Assembly: GCA_963806395.1 (NCBI GenBank)
Contig: CAWDYI010000005.1
Span: 242,288-306,287 of the forward strand
Source of the DNA: an uncultured Solirubrobacteraceae bacterium
Lineage (GTDB): Bacteria > Actinomycetota > Thermoleophilia > Solirubrobacterales > Solirubrobacteraceae
Length of the DNA: 64,000 nucleotides
Reading direction: 5' to 3'
Position 1 is the first letter of the stretch. Every line of letters begins with the position of its first letter. Positions 61,315 through 64,000 of the stretch are shown piece by piece. The position numbers were made by a program, and so were the translations under genes. The notes under the pieces were generated by a model that saw only the letters and a program-made list of their open reading frames with translations, searched no databases and was not told the DNA's origin.

Positions 61315-63423
61315 GTGCGCCGGTCCGCGGCCACCGCGCTCATCATCCTGGCGTCATTCCTGCTGTTCGCGGCGGCGCTCGCGAGCTACGCCCGCGTAGC
61401 GCTGTTCGACTCCGACGACTTCGCCAACCGCGCAGCCGACGCCCTCCACGACGCGCGCGTCAGGACCGTGGTCTCCGACCAGGTCACCGACCGGCTCGTG
61501 CTGGCCAGGGACTCGGATCTGCTCGCGGCCCGGCCGATCATCTCCTCGGCGGTCTCGGGCATCGTCGGCAGCGACGCCTTCGGGAGCCTGTTCCGCCGCG
61601 CCGTGCTCGACGTTCACCGCGCGGTGCTCCACCGGGACCAGGACACCGTCACGCTGACGCTCGCCGACGTCGGCACCGTGGCCGCGGAGGCGCTGCGGAC
61701 GGTCAAGCCGCAGCTCGCGGACCAGATCGCGGACAGCGGCCGCGTCGTGCTGCTCAGGCGCCGGGTCGGCGCTGTCACCGGCGACCTCGCACGCGTGGCC
61801 GAGGGCGTGCAGATCCTCGCGTTCGTGCTGGCGGCGCTGGCGGTGCTGGCGGGCGCCGTGGCGATCGCGATCTCCGGCGATCGCCGTCGCGCTGTCTCGC
61901 GGCTCGGCATCGGCGCCATCGCGTCCGGGGTCGCCGTCGTCGTCGTCTGCCTGGTGGGCCGGGCGATCGCGCTCGGCTTCGTGCAGGAGCCGGATCACCG
62001 GGCGGCGGCCGGCGCCGTGTGGGACGCGTTCCTCGGCGACCTGCGCAGGATGGGCTATCTGCTCGCCGCCAGCGGCGCGGTCGTGGCCGCGGCCGCAGCG
62101 TCGCTGATCCGCCCGGTCGGGCTCGAAGGCCCGTTGCACGCCGCGTGGCGCATCGTCACGACCGAGCCGTCCGGCACGTGGCAGGCCGTCGGCCGCGGAA
62201 TCGCGTTCATCGTCGCCGGCGTGCTCGTGATCGCGCAGCCGCTCGGCGCGCTGCACGTCGCCGTCACGCTCGTCGGTGTCTACCTGCTCTACCAGGGGGT
62301 GACGGCGCTGCTGCGGCTGATCTACCGGCCGCCCGCGCCCGAGGCCGAGGCCGCGACGATGCGCCGGCTGCCGCGGATCGCCGTCGGCGTGGTCGCCGCG
62401 CTCGTCGTCGCGGGCGCGTTCACCGCGTTCTACGCGGGTGGCGGCGCGGCCGCGCCGGCGGTGGCGATCGCCGGTTGCAACGGTCACGACGAGCTGTGCG
62501 ACCGGTCGCTCGACGAGGTGGCGCTGGCGGCGACGCACAACTCGATGTCGGCGCCGCTGCCGGGCTGGTTCTCGGCGCTGGTCGACGCGCCGATCGACGA
62601 GCAGCTCGCGGAGGGGGTGCGCGGCCTGCTGATCGACACGCACTACGGCGACAAGCTCGCCAACGGGCGCATCCGGACGGACTTCGCGATCCGCGGCGGG
62701 ATCGGCGCCGCGCTCAAGCAGGACAGCCTGAGCGACGAGTCGGTCGCCGCCGCGCTCCGGCTGCGCGAGCGGCTCGGCTTCCGCGGCCCCGGCACGCGCG
62801 GCATGTACGTCTGCCACACGTTCTGCGAGCTCGGCTCGACGCCGCTGGACGAGGTCCTGAAGGACATCCGCGAGTTCCTCGCCACGCATCCGTCCGACGT
62901 CGTCGTGGTGATCAACCAGGACTACGTCACGCCGGAGGACTACGTCGAGGCGGTAGGCGACGCCGGTCTGACGCCGTACGTGTTCAAGCGGCTCGGCGAA
63001 TCGCCGTGGCCGACGCTGGGGGAGATGGTCAAGTCAGGCCAGCGGCTCGTACTGCTGGCGGAGAACAAGGCCGGGGCGGCGCCCTGGTACCAGCTCGCGT
63101 ACGAGCGACTGACGGAGGAGACGCCGTACGCGTTCGGGCGGGCGTCACAGCTGACCGCCCCGGCGAGCCTGGAGGCGAGCTGCCGGCCGAACCGCGGCCC
63201 TGAGGGCGCGCCGATGTTCCTCCTCAACCACTGGGTGACCACCGATCCGGTGCCGCTCCGGCGCGACGCCTCGAAGGTCAATGCCTACGCCGAGCTGCTC
63301 GCCCGGGCGACGGCGTGCGCGCGCATCCGCGACCACATCCCGAACCTGGTCGCCGTCAACTTCGAGCAGCACGGTGACCTGTTCCGCGTGGTCGATGAGC
63401 TGAACGGCGTCGGAGGCCCGTGA
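61315..63423 (+). CDS. membrane protein with C-terminal PLC-like phosphodiesterase (PI-PLC X-domain-like) domain
   Basis: 702 aa. The N-terminal ~390 aa carry several TM helices. The C-terminal part includes LAATHNSMSAP ... RGLLIDTHYG ... YVCHTFCELG ... VVVINQDYV ... LNHWVT. Confidence 0.7.
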   Translation: MRRSAATALIILASFLLFAAALASYARVALFDSDDFANRAADALHDARVRTVVSDQVTDRLVLARDSDLLAARPIISSAVSGIVGSDAFGSLFRRAVLDVHRAVLHRDQDTVTLTLADVGTVAAEALRTVKPQLADQIADSGRVVLLRRRVGAVTGDLARVAEGVQILAFVLAALAVLAGAVAIAISGDRRRAVSRLGIGAIASGVAVVVVCLVGRAIALGFVQEPDHRAAAGAVWDAFLGDLRRMGYLLAASGAVVAAAAASLIRPVGLEGPLHAAWRIVTTEPSGTWQAVGRGIAFIVAGVLVIAQPLGALHVAVTLVGVYLLYQGVTALLRLIYRPPAPEAEAATMRRLPRIAVGVVAALVVAGAFTAFYAGGGAAAPAVAIAGCNGHDELCDRSLDEVALAATHNSMSAPLPGWFSALVDAPIDEQLAEGVRGLLIDTHYGDKLANGRIRTDFAIRGGIGAALKQDSLSDESVAAALRLRERLGFRGPGTRGMYVCHTFCELGSTPLDEVLKDIREFLATHPSDVVVVINQDYVTPEDYVEAVGDAGLTPYVFKRLGESPWPTLGEMVKSGQRLVLLAENKAGAAPWYQLAYERLTEETPYAFGRASQLTAPASLEASCRPNRGPEGAPMFLLNHWVTTDPVPLRRDASKVNAYAELLARATACARIRDHIPNLVAVNFEQHGDLFRVVDELNGVGGP

Positions 63424-64000
63424 GAGGCCGCCTCGGGCGGTTGCTGCGCGCGGTCACCGTCGATGTCGACCTCCTCCGGCGCCGCCGCGAGCTGCGCCTG
63501 CTGATCATCGGCCAGGCGAGCTCGGGCCTGGGGTCGATGATCACGTTCGTCGCGCTGCCGGTACAGACGTACGAGCTCACGCGCTCGACCGTGGCGGTCG
63601 GGCTGCTCGGCCTCGCCGAGTTCGTGCCGATCCTGGCTCTGGCGCTGCTGGGCGGCGCGATGGCCGACGCGTTCGACCGGCGGCGGCTGGTGATGCTGGC
63701 CGAAGTCGGCGCCACGCTCGTAGTCGCCGGGCTCGTGGTCAACAGCCTGCTGCCGGACCCGCAGCTTTGGGTGCTGTACGTCGCGGCGGCCCTGATCGCG
63801 GCGTGCACGGCGATCCGGCGGCCGCCGATGGACGCGCTGATGCCGCAGCTCGTCGAGCGCGACGAGCTCAAGGCGGCGAGCGCGCTCCAGTGGGGGATTC
63901 ACGGCGTCGCGCAGATGGCCGGGCCGGCGATCGCCGGCGTGCTGATCGTGACCGCGGGAGCGGCCGTGACGTACACGGCGGACCTCGCGAGCTTCGTCGT
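63420..64000 (+). CDS. MFS transporter (EntS/MFS_3-like), 5' part only
   Basis: Hand translation from GTG 63420 (GTGA overlap): VRGRLGRLLRAVTVDVDLLRRRRELRLLIIGQASSGLGSMITFVALPVQTYELTRSTVAVGLLGLAEFVPILALALLGGAMADAFDRRRL... It is open to the right edge. Confidence 0.75.
   Translation, partial: MRGRLGRLLRAVTVDVDLLRRRRELRLLIIGQASSGLGSMITFVALPVQTYELTRSTVAVGLLGLAEFVPILALALLGGAMADAFDRRRLVMLAEVGATLVVAGLVVNSLLPDPQLWVLYVAAALIAACTAIRRPPMDALMPQLVERDELKAASALQWGIHGVAQMAGPAIAGVLIVTAGAAVTYTADLASFV

Overview
This is a very GC-rich, actinobacterial-type chromosomal window; third codon positions are almost all G/C and the proteome is rich in Arg and Ala. It is densely packed with about 75 protein-coding genes. 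Many are chained by 4-nt ATGA/GTGA start/stop overlaps, and several convergent pairs overlap at their 3' ends. The long ORFs in the six-frame track that lie antisense to real genes are GC-driven shadows. The recognisable core includes ispH, metE, a class I ribonucleotide reductase (beta then alpha), an acyl-CoA dehydrogenase, a WS/DGAT acyltransferase, a carboxyltransferase, a family III CoA-transferase, and a rhodanese-E1 with a GG-ended sulfur carrier. There are also a ROK regulator with a sugar ABC transporter, three NarL/LuxR-type two-component pairs (one fused into an ABC-2 exporter operon), an ECF sigma factor and a MarR/cupin pair. Regulatory RNA: two cobalamin riboswitches, one in front of metE and one in front of the RNR operon. 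Mobile DNA: one REP-associated tyrosine transposase (RAYT / IS200-like) preceded by two copies of a 13-bp dyad motif. The region from about 38.8 to 45.3 kb looks accessory. It has a lower-GC, Lys-rich coding style and carries several secreted proteins of unknown function, a collagen/tail-fibre-like protein, a decayed ECF sigma locus and a three-gene cassette. The central protein of that cassette carries an N-terminal LQRTAGNQAV motif and is translationally coupled to an unknown partner. I consider this cassette the best candidate for an undescribed effector-type system. The second candidate is a ~970-aa SF2 helicase with an internal membrane hairpin. It is translationally coupled to an SCO1/SenC protein, lies downstream of a two-component system, and is flanked by two tandem paralogous small genes. 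An unusual number of genes look disrupted: a helicase frameshift, a VOC gene with no stop, a scrambled globin, a GNAT with an internal deletion, a truncated response regulator, a decayed sigma factor and a STAS gene without a start. I found no rRNA, tRNA or CRISPR array. All family calls come from reading the translations and recognising motifs; no database search was possible.
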